A stretch of 64,000 nt of DNA from Candidatus Bathyarchaeota archaeon. Its GTDB lineage: Archaea > Thermoproteota > Bathyarchaeia > Bathyarchaeales > Bathycorpusculaceae. Under the pieces are notes generated by a model, which did not search any database, was not told the origin of the DNA, and saw only the letters and a program-made list of their open reading frames with translations. Position numbers and translations under genes: made by a program. The stretch lies in contig CAVYXJ010000011.1 of assembly GCA_963772455.1 (NCBI GenBank), positions 32,001-96,000 of the forward strand, read 5' to 3'. This document shows, in pieces, positions 21,971-31,918 of this stretch. Position 1 is the first letter of the stretch, and every line of letters starts with the position of its first letter.

Positions 21971-23341
21971 ATGCAAAGAATCCTCGAAGAAAAAACTAAG
22001 CTTAAGACCTTGAAGATTTCAGCTTTTGCAATATTTAGCGTAGTTATAATTGAAGTCACTTTAGGTTTACTGATCAATAGTTTAGCAATAATGAGTGATG
22101 GTTTGCATGCCCTATTAGATGCTGTTTCTAGCGTCATGTTGTTTTTTGCTGTACGCGCAGCAATGAAACCTCCAGATGAAGAGCATACTTACGGGCACGA
22201 AAAGTTCGAAACTATTGGCGGCTTAATCGGAGGCATAGTACTAATTGCTGTTGCATTCCTAATATTCTACGAATCTGCCCTACGTATTATAAGTCCGCCC
22301 CAACTTAATCCAGGAATAGAATATGCAGGTTTCATAGCAATAGGCTACGCTCTTTTCATTGCCTCTCTAAGAGTAACCGTTTTCAAAAAGTTCCAACACG
22401 TTCAAAGCACATCCATGAAAGCAGGATTTTACGATGCTATTTCAGATTTAAGCTCGACGCTGATAGCTCTTTTGGGTTTTGGCTTAGCTATTTTGGGATT
22501 TACAGGAGGAGATGCCTTTGCATCCATATTTCTTGGAGCTATGCTTACTTATTTAAGCTTAAAACTTGTAAAATTTAGCGTGATGGAACTAAGCGACACT
22601 GCATCAAAAGAACTTTTGGAAAAAACAAAAAAGATAATTCTTTCATGCGATGGAGTCGTTAAAACCGAGAACCTTAAAGTTCGAAAAGTAAGCTCAAAAG
22701 TCTTTGTTGATGCATCAGTGCAAGTTCCAACTCTAATGAGTTTGCAAGATGCACATTCTTTAGCTACAAAAATTGAAAGTTGCTTAAAAGATGGCTTCGG
22801 AAACGTTGACTCAACCATTCATATTGAACCTTCTGACAAAGAACACAAAATGGATCAGTTAGTCGAAAAATTAGCAATAGTTGATGGGGTCAAAGAGGTA
22901 CATGAAATTTCCACTATATATGTAGCTGGTAAACTATACATTACGTTACACGCGTATGTTAACCCTGAACTATCGGTTGAAGATGCTCATAAAATCGCTG
23001 AAGACATAGAACGTAGAATAAAAACTGAAATTATATCTCTTGAAAACGTTACTGTACATGTTGAACCTGCAGGAGTTGCGATCCCTGCAAGCGATGTCAA
23101 TGAAGGCGAACTTAGAGAAATTGTTAATGAAGTTGCTAATGGCATTATTGGCATCCTTCGCATTAAACGAGTGTTAACTTACGTTGCTGGAGGTAAACGT
23201 TACATCAACATAGATTGTTGCTTCACTAAACAAGTGCAGATTAAGGATGCTCACAAAATAGCCTCGCAGGTTGAAAAGGAAACGAAGGAACACTTTGCAA
23301 ATGCGGTAGTTACAGTTCACATTGAACCAGAATGCCCTTAA
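21971..23341 (+). CDS. Cation diffusion facilitator with three tandem C-terminal ZT_dimer domains
   Basis: SLAIMSDGLH, PPDEEHTYGHEKFE; three repeats each containing DAH and ending in (T/V)(I/V)H(I/V)EP. Confidence 0.92.
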   Translation: MQRILEEKTKLKTLKISAFAIFSVVIIEVTLGLLINSLAIMSDGLHALLDAVSSVMLFFAVRAAMKPPDEEHTYGHEKFETIGGLIGGIVLIAVAFLIFYESALRIISPPQLNPGIEYAGFIAIGYALFIASLRVTVFKKFQHVQSTSMKAGFYDAISDLSSTLIALLGFGLAILGFTGGDAFASIFLGAMLTYLSLKLVKFSVMELSDTASKELLEKTKKIILSCDGVVKTENLKVRKVSSKVFVDASVQVPTLMSLQDAHSLATKIESCLKDGFGNVDSTIHIEPSDKEHKMDQLVEKLAIVDGVKEVHEISTIYVAGKLYITLHAYVNPELSVEDAHKIAEDIERRIKTEIISLENVTVHVEPAGVAIPASDVNEGELREIVNEVANGIIGILRIKRVLTYVAGGKRYINIDCCFTKQVQIKDAHKIASQVEKETKEHFANAVVTVHIEPECP

Positions 23342-23501
23342 AAACAAAAAAATCCGGATTGCTATTCATGAAAACGAGATTTAAAGGATAACTTAACTTT
23401 TATTAGAATTAATCGATTTTAATAAAATGCATTCTTACTGAAAGAATTAATATTTAATTGATCAAAATAAAAAAAATAAAAAAGGAAGATATTTTGGTTG
23501 T

Positions 23502-24245
23502 CTATTTTTTGCGACGGTACGTGATTGTTCCAAAAGCAACTGCTACTAAAACTAAAGCTATGCCAATTGCAGCTACACTTGAAAACTCTGGTACTGATGG
23601 TGTTGGTTCAGTTGAACCTGTTGGGGTAAATACTGCTTGATAGCTGAACATATTTCCGTATCCGTGGTTGACATTGTATGGATTATCAGTAGGTGTAGCA
23701 GTGTATGGATATCCGCCGTGACTTAGGTTTGGTCCTTCAATTACCCAATGTGAAAATGTCCAACCGCTTGCTGGTGTTGCTGTCAACATTAGATTTTCGG
23801 CAGCTGCTAAAGCGTAAGTACCTGGCGCTGGGCTAACAGTACCTCCTGCGGAACCTACAACAACGACAATGGCGGCAGTTGATAAGTCAGGTGTTAATGT
23901 GGATCCTGGGGGTGGTAGAACCGGCTGGAAATTTGCTTGCACAGTGTATGTACTTCCTCCAGCGACGGGGAACGTGATTGGATTATCTGTAGCAACGTTG
24001 GATCCTTCTGCAGTATCAAGAATCCAGTTGACGAAAATAAAGTCAGCATCAGCTGTTGCAGTAAATGTTACAGAAGTGCCATCAGCATAAGAAGTGGTTC
24101 CCGCAGCAGGGTCAGTAGTTCCTCCAACTGAATCTAGAACGATTACTGTAGCTTGTCCTTGGGCATTAACACTTGCATTTACAACTGCTAAAACTAGCAA
24201 TGTCATTAGCAAAGTCAAAGCAAAAATTTTTTTAGATTTCATCAT
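23502..24245 (-). CDS. PEF-CTERM cell-surface protein with two InlB B-repeat-like domains
   Basis: Signal peptide; two GGT..P..GT.....LTATP..F..W repeats; C-terminal VPEF + TM + RRKK. Confidence 0.85.
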   Translation of the reverse strand: MMKSKKIFALTLLMTLLVLAVVNASVNAQGQATVIVLDSVGGTTDPAAGTTSYADGTSVTFTATADADFIFVNWILDTAEGSNVATDNPITFPVAGGSTYTVQANFQPVLPPPGSTLTPDLSTAAIVVVVGSAGGTVSPAPGTYALAAAENLMLTATPASGWTFSHWVIEGPNLSHGGYPYTATPTDNPYNVNHGYGNMFSYQAVFTPTGSTEPTPSVPEFSSVAAIGIALVLVAVAFGTITYRRKK

Positions 24246-24319
24246 TTTATTATTTCTCCAATATAAAGCATGCTTGCTTGTTTCAATTTAACCAAATATT
24301 TCTATATTTAATTATGTGA

Positions 24320-24333
24320 TTGTGTCTACACAA
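24320..24333. promoter_or_regulatory. Inverted repeat in the divergent promoter region
   Basis: TTGTGT-CT-ACACAA. Confidence 0.35.
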
Positions 24334-24507
24334 CAACAAGCTGAAGTCTATTTTTTTTTAAGAAAAGAGGTCTTTGTATTAGAAAACAAAATTCAAAGTA
24401 ATCCTAATCTGCTTGATTGGCAAGTATTTCTTCAAAAATCTATTTCACATAAACCTTTAATGCTCAATATGCTATTAAATACATAAAATTGAGAGAGTGT
24501 AGGGAGA

Positions 24508-26736
24508 ATGCTATCTCGATCAGCTGTAGTTAAACTTAAAGCAATTTTAATAATTGACTTAATGATTGTAGGAGCAGCCGCAGGAGTTTATTTCTATCTT
24601 CAAAACGAAGGGATCCTAACCAGCGCGGCAAAACCAGCCACATTTACTCTAACAGATCTAACAATCAATCCGCTTGAAGCATACTTGGGCGATGCAGTTC
24701 AAATTTCTGTTAATTTAACAAATATTGGCGATTTAGAAGGCAACCAAACTATAAATCTTGAAATAAATAATACCGTCAAAGATACAACTAACGTTACTCT
24801 TGCGGCTAATTCAACTGAAATCGTGGAATTTACATACATTGAGACGGCTGAAGGAAACTATACCGTTAAAGTTGGCGATTTAACAGCTGCTTTGATCATT
24901 AAACCTGCTTTACCTGAATCAAGCAAAATTTTATTGTCTAATTTAATTAGTACTCCATATGAAGTCTGGGCTAATGAAAACGTTACAATTACTGCAAGCG
25001 CAGTGAACCCGTCAAGTGAATTAGACAAATTGACTGTAAAAATTATGATTGATGATGTAGTTGTGGGTACTCAAGTTATTTCCTTAGAAGCTGGAGCAAA
25101 TCAAATCGTTCAATTCACAATTAATGCATCGTCAGCAGCAGAAGGAAAGCACGTTGTAAAACTAAATACTCTTAAAGGCTCCTTTGTCATCGTAAAGACG
25201 GGTTATCATACACTTATTATTAATCGGTCAGGAGGCGGCTCCACTCCTCTTCCTTTTACGTTAAACGGGGAAAATCGTCAGACAGTTTACCAAGCGGTTT
25301 TACCGGTTGGAGAATACAGTATTTCTGTTCCAGATCCATTTAGTGTAGGGACTGGAGTGCTGGGTTTTACTTATTGGAGCGATGGCGTGAAAACTCCATC
25401 AAGAACTTTCACTTTAAGTGAACGACTGATACTTGTTGTTACTTATACTTTGATTAGCGGATATGCATCTTGTCCTTCACTTTATGTTTGGAATGGGACA
25501 GGGTATTCCTACGTTACAGATGTTTCAAACCCAGGATGGCTAGGATACATTAGCCACATTAACTCTGATGGAACAATTGTATTTGGTGGTGGAAACCCAT
25601 GGGATTACGTAAAAATAGACAAGAACTTATTGGCAACTAATAACGGCAATTTCGATTTAACTCTTGCTCAGCAATGGGACGAACTCTATTATTTAGATTC
25701 AGCATACATGATGGCAGTGGACCATCCTATTGGAACTAACGTTTACACATCGATGACAAACTATCTCAACAAAGGATCAACTGGTCAGATCTATACAGTA
25801 ACAAACGGCACACTCCTATCGCCGATAAACGCTACGAACGAACAAGGTAAAAACGTTTTAACTCAAATTCTATATAAGGATGGTTTATACACTCCAGGCA
25901 TAAATGGAGATCAAAGTTTATCTTGGAACAATATCACGATGAATCAATTAACTTTAGATCTGGGCAATTTGTCCTCTGCACCGCAAATAAAGCTTCTAAT
26001 GACTGGAATGGTTGATTGGGGTTTGGCAGATCCATATTATGCATGGATAAACAGTTTCAAAGAGGCCGCAGCCCAAGGACTTGTACCAAATGGGACCGAA
26101 ATTATGCCCGCACCATACATGGAAGTCAAAGATGTAAATGGAAACTGGATACGTGTTTCACAAGAGAGACAAATACCAATACCTTCAGATTACAATGCCA
26201 GAACATTCACCGTGGACTTAACGAATCTGTTTCCATCTAACGCAAATGATTGCCAAGTCCGACTTACCAATTTCTGGAACGTAACCTATGATTACATTGG
26301 AATAGATACAACCCTTCAACAAAATATAACAATACAAAAACTTATGCCAACTTCAGCAATACTCAGTCAAATGTGGGATACCCAATCTACCGCTTCAGGA
26401 GCTTTTACACGATATGGAGATGTCACACAACTGATTCAAAATGCTGATGACATATACGTCATTGGAAGACAAGGCGACCAAGTTAACATGCAATTCTCAA
26501 CTGCCAACATAGCACCGGTTGCCCAGAACATGGAACGGGACTACTTCTTTGTCGTGGCATGCTGGTTTAAAGATCCTCTTGGAAATTGGGGTTACGGATT
26601 CGACTTTACTGTTGACCCGATGCCGTTTATGGATATGAGTGGATTCCCCTACACACCTACAGAGAGCTACCCATACGATGCTGCACACTTAGAATATATG
26701 CAAGAGTATAACACTCGAATAATTACTGCTCCATAA
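24508..26736 (+). CDS. Membrane-anchored exported protein: two CARDB/Ig-like domains plus a C-terminal domain like that of bacterial FG-GAP/ASPIC-UnbV proteins
   Basis: N-terminal TM; VNLTNIGDLEG...GNYTVKVG; SCPSLYVWNG, AVDHP, FTRYGDV, PMPF..MSGFPY, EYNTR. Confidence 0.75.
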   Translation: MLSRSAVVKLKAILIIDLMIVGAAAGVYFYLQNEGILTSAAKPATFTLTDLTINPLEAYLGDAVQISVNLTNIGDLEGNQTINLEINNTVKDTTNVTLAANSTEIVEFTYIETAEGNYTVKVGDLTAALIIKPALPESSKILLSNLISTPYEVWANENVTITASAVNPSSELDKLTVKIMIDDVVVGTQVISLEAGANQIVQFTINASSAAEGKHVVKLNTLKGSFVIVKTGYHTLIINRSGGGSTPLPFTLNGENRQTVYQAVLPVGEYSISVPDPFSVGTGVLGFTYWSDGVKTPSRTFTLSERLILVVTYTLISGYASCPSLYVWNGTGYSYVTDVSNPGWLGYISHINSDGTIVFGGGNPWDYVKIDKNLLATNNGNFDLTLAQQWDELYYLDSAYMMAVDHPIGTNVYTSMTNYLNKGSTGQIYTVTNGTLLSPINATNEQGKNVLTQILYKDGLYTPGINGDQSLSWNNITMNQLTLDLGNLSSAPQIKLLMTGMVDWGLADPYYAWINSFKEAAAQGLVPNGTEIMPAPYMEVKDVNGNWIRVSQERQIPIPSDYNARTFTVDLTNLFPSNANDCQVRLTNFWNVTYDYIGIDTTLQQNITIQKLMPTSAILSQMWDTQSTASGAFTRYGDVTQLIQNADDIYVIGRQGDQVNMQFSTANIAPVAQNMERDYFFVVACWFKDPLGNWGYGFDFTVDPMPFMDMSGFPYTPTESYPYDAAHLEYMQEYNTRIITAP

Positions 26737-26859
26737 CCCTATTTTCTTCTTTAGAACTGATAAAGCCCTTTCAAAAATTGTCGAGCCAAGATTTATGTAA
26801 GATTTAAATGACATTATATTGTTATTTGCTCTAATCAACCTTCCAATGGGATCCCTTGA

Positions 26860-27561
26860 ATGTCGTTGATACCTGAAATCTCTAATCCTTATTTAGGAGC
26901 CTTTGCAGGGGGCTTGCTGTATGGATTAGTTGTTTGTACGGCATCGTGTCTTCCGATCGTTACAAGTTATATTGCAGGTGTTGGCGCTGGTTTTGGAAAG
27001 GGTGTAAAGATAACATTAATTTTCAATTCTGGAAGAGTTTTGGCTTACACTTTGATTGGCGCCTTAATAGGATTGTTTAGCGGTTTGTTTAGGCTTTTTA
27101 TTTCAGACTCTGCCATTTCTCCCTTTCAAATTTACTCTTCTCTCGCATTCGGAATAGTTACAATAATAATTGGCATTAGCATCTTTTTTAAAGCTAGAAA
27201 ACCATGCAACTGTAACGTTCAAGACGCAAAAAACATTATTACTACACGAAAAACAGGCAGATTCGGATTTGACATTGGCGCCTTTTCACTTGGTTTATCC
27301 AGAGGATTAATTGTTTGTCCACCATTGATTGCACTTTTAGTTTATTCGTTACCTTTCTCCAATCCTCTTGGAAGCATTGGAATAGCTGTATTATTTGGTT
27401 TAGGAACAACTCTTTCGCCAATTTTATTATTGGGCGGGGTTACTGGATGGCTTTTGAATAAGGCACCGCTTTTTCGGAAATGGATTTCGATAGCAGGCGG
27501 ATCGGTACTGATAGTTCTTGGAATAATCACAATGATTAGTTCATTAACTCAATTACCTTGA
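26860..27561 (+). CDS. DsbD_2/CcdA-like (TauE-annotated) membrane protein
   Basis: 6 TM, GLVVCTASCLP, FNSGRVLAY, GLIVCPPL, FGLGT. Confidence 0.85.
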   Translation: MSLIPEISNPYLGAFAGGLLYGLVVCTASCLPIVTSYIAGVGAGFGKGVKITLIFNSGRVLAYTLIGALIGLFSGLFRLFISDSAISPFQIYSSLAFGIVTIIIGISIFFKARKPCNCNVQDAKNIITTRKTGRFGFDIGAFSLGLSRGLIVCPPLIALLVYSLPFSNPLGSIGIAVLFGLGTTLSPILLLGGVTGWLLNKAPLFRKWISIAGGSVLIVLGIITMISSLTQLP

Positions 27562-27562
27562 C

Positions 27563-28579
27563 GTGGAAAATATGGCTGGAGAAATAATAGGAGACATATT
27601 GCGGCTAACAGTGCTTGGGGGATTAGGAGTAGCTGGGGTAATCTCAGTTTTAATTTGGAAGAAAAACATGTCCACTCGGGTAACTTTTCTTAGGTTTGTT
27701 ATCCAAGCTATCGCCGTAGCCGCTATATTCTATGTCCTATCTTATACGGTACCACCAGTAACTGGAGGATTGCCCCCAATCCTTTTTGTTTACTTGTTAA
27801 TTATAATATTGACAATGACCATATTTGTGGGTAGGTTTTTCTGTGGTTGGCTATGCCCTTTCGCACTTATAATGGACTTGGAAAGTCTCATAAGAAAAGC
27901 CCTTAAAATACCTCACCGAATCATTCCAGACAAACTAAACAAAATCCTTCACCAATCACGATATATCATATTGCTGTTCTTTTTGTTGCTACCGATATTG
28001 TTGTGGCTTTTAGATCCTCAGCCAATTATGGTTTCGCCTTTAATGGCTCAACTCTTAGCAGGTCACTTCCGCCCGTACAGCATATTACTTGACCCGCTTA
28101 TTCCTTTCATTGTACCATGGAAAGGTCAGATTATCATAGATCAAGTAAACTTGACATATCCTTATGCTCTCGACTTTATCACCTACTTAGGAGAAAACAT
28201 TGGGCAGGTCGTTGCCATAATATTTGTTGGTTTGACTTTGGCAGGTTCATTTATATTTAGACGCGTCTGGTGTAGATTTTGCCCAACTGGCGCTTCTTTG
28301 GCAGTTGTAAATAGATTTAAGGGTTTAAAATGGGCTCCTCTGCTTCATATTAACAAAGATGAGGAGAAATGCACTAAATGTGGAGTTTGCAAACGAGTTT
28401 GTCCAGTTCAAGTTAACGAAGTGTACGAGCAGAAGGGTGGAAAAATAAAAACCTCCCAATGTATGGTCTGTGCACGCTGCGTAGAAATGTGTCCTTATGA
28501 AGGCACCTTAAAGGTTAAGTTGGGTAACAAAACATTGTTTAAATCAAGAAACTGGTTGGAACAATCAAAAAGTGAATGA
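27563..28579 (+). CDS. NapH/MauN-like membrane polyferredoxin
   Basis: GRFFCGWLCPF and RVWCRFCPTG motifs, TM helices, CTKCGVCKRVCP and CMVCARCVEMCP. Confidence 0.9.
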   Translation: MENMAGEIIGDILRLTVLGGLGVAGVISVLIWKKNMSTRVTFLRFVIQAIAVAAIFYVLSYTVPPVTGGLPPILFVYLLIIILTMTIFVGRFFCGWLCPFALIMDLESLIRKALKIPHRIIPDKLNKILHQSRYIILLFFLLLPILLWLLDPQPIMVSPLMAQLLAGHFRPYSILLDPLIPFIVPWKGQIIIDQVNLTYPYALDFITYLGENIGQVVAIIFVGLTLAGSFIFRRVWCRFCPTGASLAVVNRFKGLKWAPLLHINKDEEKCTKCGVCKRVCPVQVNEVYEQKGGKIKTSQCMVCARCVEMCPYEGTLKVKLGNKTLFKSRNWLEQSKSE

Positions 28580-29919
28580 GGAAAATAAAAATGAATGAAA
28601 CTGTTGGAAAAAGATACATGCCTGAAGTAACCAGAAAAGAAATCGATGAACTCAAAACCACAATTAAAGCTGCTTCCCAAAAGGTAATGGCTGAAAACAT
28701 TGAACGCATGAAAAAAGCTGACCCTAAAAGACCTGAAGCCATGAAGTATTTTGATGAAATCTCAAACCTATTTGGCAAACGACAAGAGGAAATACAGGCT
28801 GAGAAAGAGAAGGGCAAAAAAGTCATCGGTTACATGTGTCTGTTTGCTCCAACAGAGTTAATTTTAGCAGCCGACGCCATTCCAGTCAGAGTTAATTCAG
28901 GATGGTATGACACGTCTAAGTTAGGAGACAGAGTTGTCCCCGTTGAGGTTTGCCCGGTAATACGATCAACAATCGGTGCAAAAATGATTGAGCTCTCACC
29001 TTTCCTTGAACAAAGCGATGCACTTATCAGTGTTCTAACTTGCGACGGCATGACCAAACTCGGTGAAATTTTAAGTGATTACAAAACTATTTGGGGAATG
29101 AATGTACCGCGAGTTAAAGATTCCACTCAGTCACTGCGCTTCTGGAATGACGAAATAAAACATATGAAAACTCAAATTGAACAGTTTACAGGAAACAAAA
29201 TTACACGTAAAAACCTCAAAGAAGCCATCGAAATGAGTCACAGAGCAACAAAAGCATTCCGTCGCCTACAAGAATTGCGTAAGGGATTACCTGTAATTAT
29301 GGGCAGAGATGCAATGCTGGTTAATCAAACATTTTTATGGGACGACAAACGCAGGTGGACAGAGAAAACCGAGGCTTTATGTGATGAATTAGAAAAAAGA
29401 GCGGAACGAAAAGATTGGGTTTGCCCGCCTGATACACCAAGAGTAATGATTACAGGCACACCTATGTTTTGGCCCGACAACTGGAAACTCCCAAGCCTAG
29501 TTGAAGAAGCAAATCCGCAAGGCATCATTGTTGCCGATGAACTATGTTCAGGTGAAAGAATCTTAAACGACCCTGTTGGCGTCGATGAATGGTCAATGGA
29601 TGATATGCTAAACGCAATTGGAGAACGCTATTTAATGGCATCAACTTGCCCATGCTTTACAAGCAAAGACGGAAACGAAGACAGAATCAATTGGCTCTTG
29701 AATAAAGTAAAAGAATGGAATGTTCAAGGAGTCATTTACTACGTGGTTCGAGGTTGCATGCTCTATGCAATGGAATACACACGCGTCAAGAAAGCTCTAG
29801 ATAAAATAAATATTCCAGTATACTACCTTGACACCGAATATACGCGTGAAGATGTTGGACAAATGAAAACCCGCGTTGAAGCATTTCTTGAAATGTTAAC
29901 TGCAAGAGTAGAAATGTAA
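28576..29919 (+). CDS. 2-hydroxyacyl-CoA dehydratase-fold protein, double-cubane cluster protein (DCCP)-like reductase
   Basis: RPEAMKYFD...KEKGKKVIGYMC, EVCPVIRS, TCDG, DELCSG, TCPCFT, RGCMLY, GQMKTRVEAFLEM. Confidence 0.85.
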   Translation: MRKIKMNETVGKRYMPEVTRKEIDELKTTIKAASQKVMAENIERMKKADPKRPEAMKYFDEISNLFGKRQEEIQAEKEKGKKVIGYMCLFAPTELILAADAIPVRVNSGWYDTSKLGDRVVPVEVCPVIRSTIGAKMIELSPFLEQSDALISVLTCDGMTKLGEILSDYKTIWGMNVPRVKDSTQSLRFWNDEIKHMKTQIEQFTGNKITRKNLKEAIEMSHRATKAFRRLQELRKGLPVIMGRDAMLVNQTFLWDDKRRWTEKTEALCDELEKRAERKDWVCPPDTPRVMITGTPMFWPDNWKLPSLVEEANPQGIIVADELCSGERILNDPVGVDEWSMDDMLNAIGERYLMASTCPCFTSKDGNEDRINWLLNKVKEWNVQGVIYYVVRGCMLYAMEYTRVKKALDKINIPVYYLDTEYTREDVGQMKTRVEAFLEMLTARVEM

Positions 29920-29928
29920 GGTGAAATT

Positions 29929-30714
29929 ATGATAACTGTTGGAATAGACCTTGGCACCCAAAGAGTACAAGTAGTTGTCTTAAAAGATGGTTCAGTAGCC
30001 TCTAGAGCTCAATTGCTATCGGGGTTCGATCCTACAAAAGCAGCTGAACAAGCTATAGATGAAGCGCTAAAAAAAGCAAACATTAAGTTTTCAGAAGTGG
30101 CAAGTTTTGCTGCAACAGGTTCAGCCGTAGATATGGCTCCTTATTCCGCTAGCACTGTAAGCATGATGAATGCAGATGCAAAAGCAGGCGTATTTTTATT
30201 TCCCAAAGCACGCACGATTATTGATGTCGGTGCAGAAGAGGCAAGAGCAGTAAAATGCGACGATAGAGGTGTAATGGTTGATTTTGTCGTCAACGAACGA
30301 TGTGCAGCAGGTGCAGGAGCATTTATCGAAGCGATGGCAAGAGCATTGGAAGTTAAATTGGAGGATATGGGTCCATTGGCACTTAAAGCAGAACGTGCAA
30401 GCCCCATTAATGCTTCATGTGTAATTTTTGGAGAATCAGATGTAGTTTCCCTCATACATCGTCAAGAATCCAAACCAGAAATTGCAAGGGCAGTTTACGA
30501 TGCGATGGCTGATCGAATTTCATCGATGGTTCACAGATTAGGCATAAACCCAGAAATCATTCTGGTCGGCGGTGTAGCAAAAGATGTCGGTTTTGTTGCA
30601 TCGTTAAATCGAAAACTTGGCGTTAACGTAATTATCCCTGACTACCCTGAATATGCAGGTGCTTTAGGTGCAGCAATTATCGCAGCAACGCGAGTAAAGG
30701 AGTCTTCAAAATGA
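29929..30714 (+). CDS. ASKHA-type ATP-dependent activase, BzdP/BcrD-like
   Basis: GIDLG, IIDVGAEEARA, NERCAAGAG, SCVIFGESD, GGVAKD. Confidence 0.88.
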   Translation: MITVGIDLGTQRVQVVVLKDGSVASRAQLLSGFDPTKAAEQAIDEALKKANIKFSEVASFAATGSAVDMAPYSASTVSMMNADAKAGVFLFPKARTIIDVGAEEARAVKCDDRGVMVDFVVNERCAAGAGAFIEAMARALEVKLEDMGPLALKAERASPINASCVIFGESDVVSLIHRQESKPEIARAVYDAMADRISSMVHRLGINPEIILVGGVAKDVGFVASLNRKLGVNVIIPDYPEYAGALGAAIIAATRVKESSK

Positions 30715-31622
30715 AGGAATTAGAAGCGGTAAAAGGTGTAGAATTTTGGCGTTGGAAAGAATATCACCGGATCATGCCAAACAAAAAATGGTCAAGTAAA
30801 GATCTAATCACAGCTGGAGTCGATGTTGGATCTGTAGGTTCTAAAGCAGCAGTAATGATAAACGGTGAGGCATATTCTTGGGGAATAACTCGCACTGGGT
30901 CTAACAGTCCTGAAAGCGCCACAAAAGCTCTTGAATACGCAATGGAAGGCACAGGACTCAAAGCAAGTGATATAAAATATATTGTCGGCACAGGTTATGG
31001 ACGAGTTAACGTGCCTATGGCAAATAAGGCTATAACTGAAATTGCCTGTCATGCAAAAGGTGCGAACTTTATTTGGGGTCCAAGCGTTCGGACAGTGTTG
31101 GATGTTGGTGGGCAGGACATAAAAGCAATTCGCATAGACGAAACAGGGCGAGTTGTCTCTTTTCTAATGAATGATAAATGTGCTGCTGGAACAGGAAGAG
31201 GTATGGAAGTATTTGCAGATTTGCTTCAGATTCCAATTGAAGAGATAGGTGATATTTCACTTAAAGTTGAAAAGGAACCTGAACCGGTGAGCTGCACGTG
31301 TGTAGCCTTCGCTAAAACAGAAGCAATGGGATTATTGCGAAAAGGTTGGTCTAAAGAAAAAGTCCTTGCTGCTTATACACGCGCTATGGCAGTTCGAATG
31401 GCTAACTTAATTAACAGAGTAGGCTTAGAGAGAGAACTGGTAGTGACCGGCGGTCAATCCAAGAACATTGGAATTGTAAGCAGAATAGAAGCCATTTTAG
31501 GAGTGAAGTGTCTTCCAATCCCTAAGTGGCGAGATGAAGGTGCATTAGATCCCATGGTTGCAGGCGCATTAGGTGCTGCGATTTTTGCTAAATCGCTTTA
31601 TGAAAAGTCTCAAAAATCATAG
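30711..31622 (+). CDS. ASKHA-type ATP-dependent activase, BzdQ/BcrA-like
   Basis: EFWRWKE extension, AGVDVGSV, GTGYGRVNVP, EIACHAKG, DVGGQD, NDKCAAGTGRGMEV. Confidence 0.88.
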   Translation: MKELEAVKGVEFWRWKEYHRIMPNKKWSSKDLITAGVDVGSVGSKAAVMINGEAYSWGITRTGSNSPESATKALEYAMEGTGLKASDIKYIVGTGYGRVNVPMANKAITEIACHAKGANFIWGPSVRTVLDVGGQDIKAIRIDETGRVVSFLMNDKCAAGTGRGMEVFADLLQIPIEEIGDISLKVEKEPEPVSCTCVAFAKTEAMGLLRKGWSKEKVLAAYTRAMAVRMANLINRVGLERELVVTGGQSKNIGIVSRIEAILGVKCLPIPKWRDEGALDPMVAGALGAAIFAKSLYEKSQKS

Positions 31623-31630
31623 GTGATTAA

Positions 31631-31918
31631 TTGATTACCTATTTTGGTTACTGTGACGGTTCAGGTGAATACTACATTGTCATCGATTCAAACAAATGCA
31701 ACGGCTGTGGCAAATGTGTAAAAAAATGTCCTCAAACTGCACTTAAACTTGAAACAGAGCTTATCGACCTTGAAGATAAAACAGTTGCCGTAATCAAAGA
31801 GGAACATAGAAAAAAAATTAAATATACTTGCGCTTCCTGCAAACCTGAAAAAGACAATACTCCTTGCATTTTAGCTTGTGAGAAAAAAGCCGTTAAATGT
31901 GTTTGGAACCCAAATTAA
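31631..31918 (+). CDS. Ferredoxin resembling those of bzd-type benzoyl-CoA reductase clusters
   Basis: FGYCDGSGEYYIVID..KCNGCGKCVKKCP, second site CASC...PCILAC. Confidence 0.85.
   Translation: MITYFGYCDGSGEYYIVIDSNKCNGCGKCVKKCPQTALKLETELIDLEDKTVAVIKEEHRKKIKYTCASCKPEKDNTPCILACEKKAVKCVWNPN

Noticed and set aside
28576-31622. Calling the cluster a complete benzoyl-CoA reductase
   Set aside because: Only one dehydratase-fold subunit is present, with DCCP-like rather than BzdN/O features, and no ring-cleavage genes are nearby.
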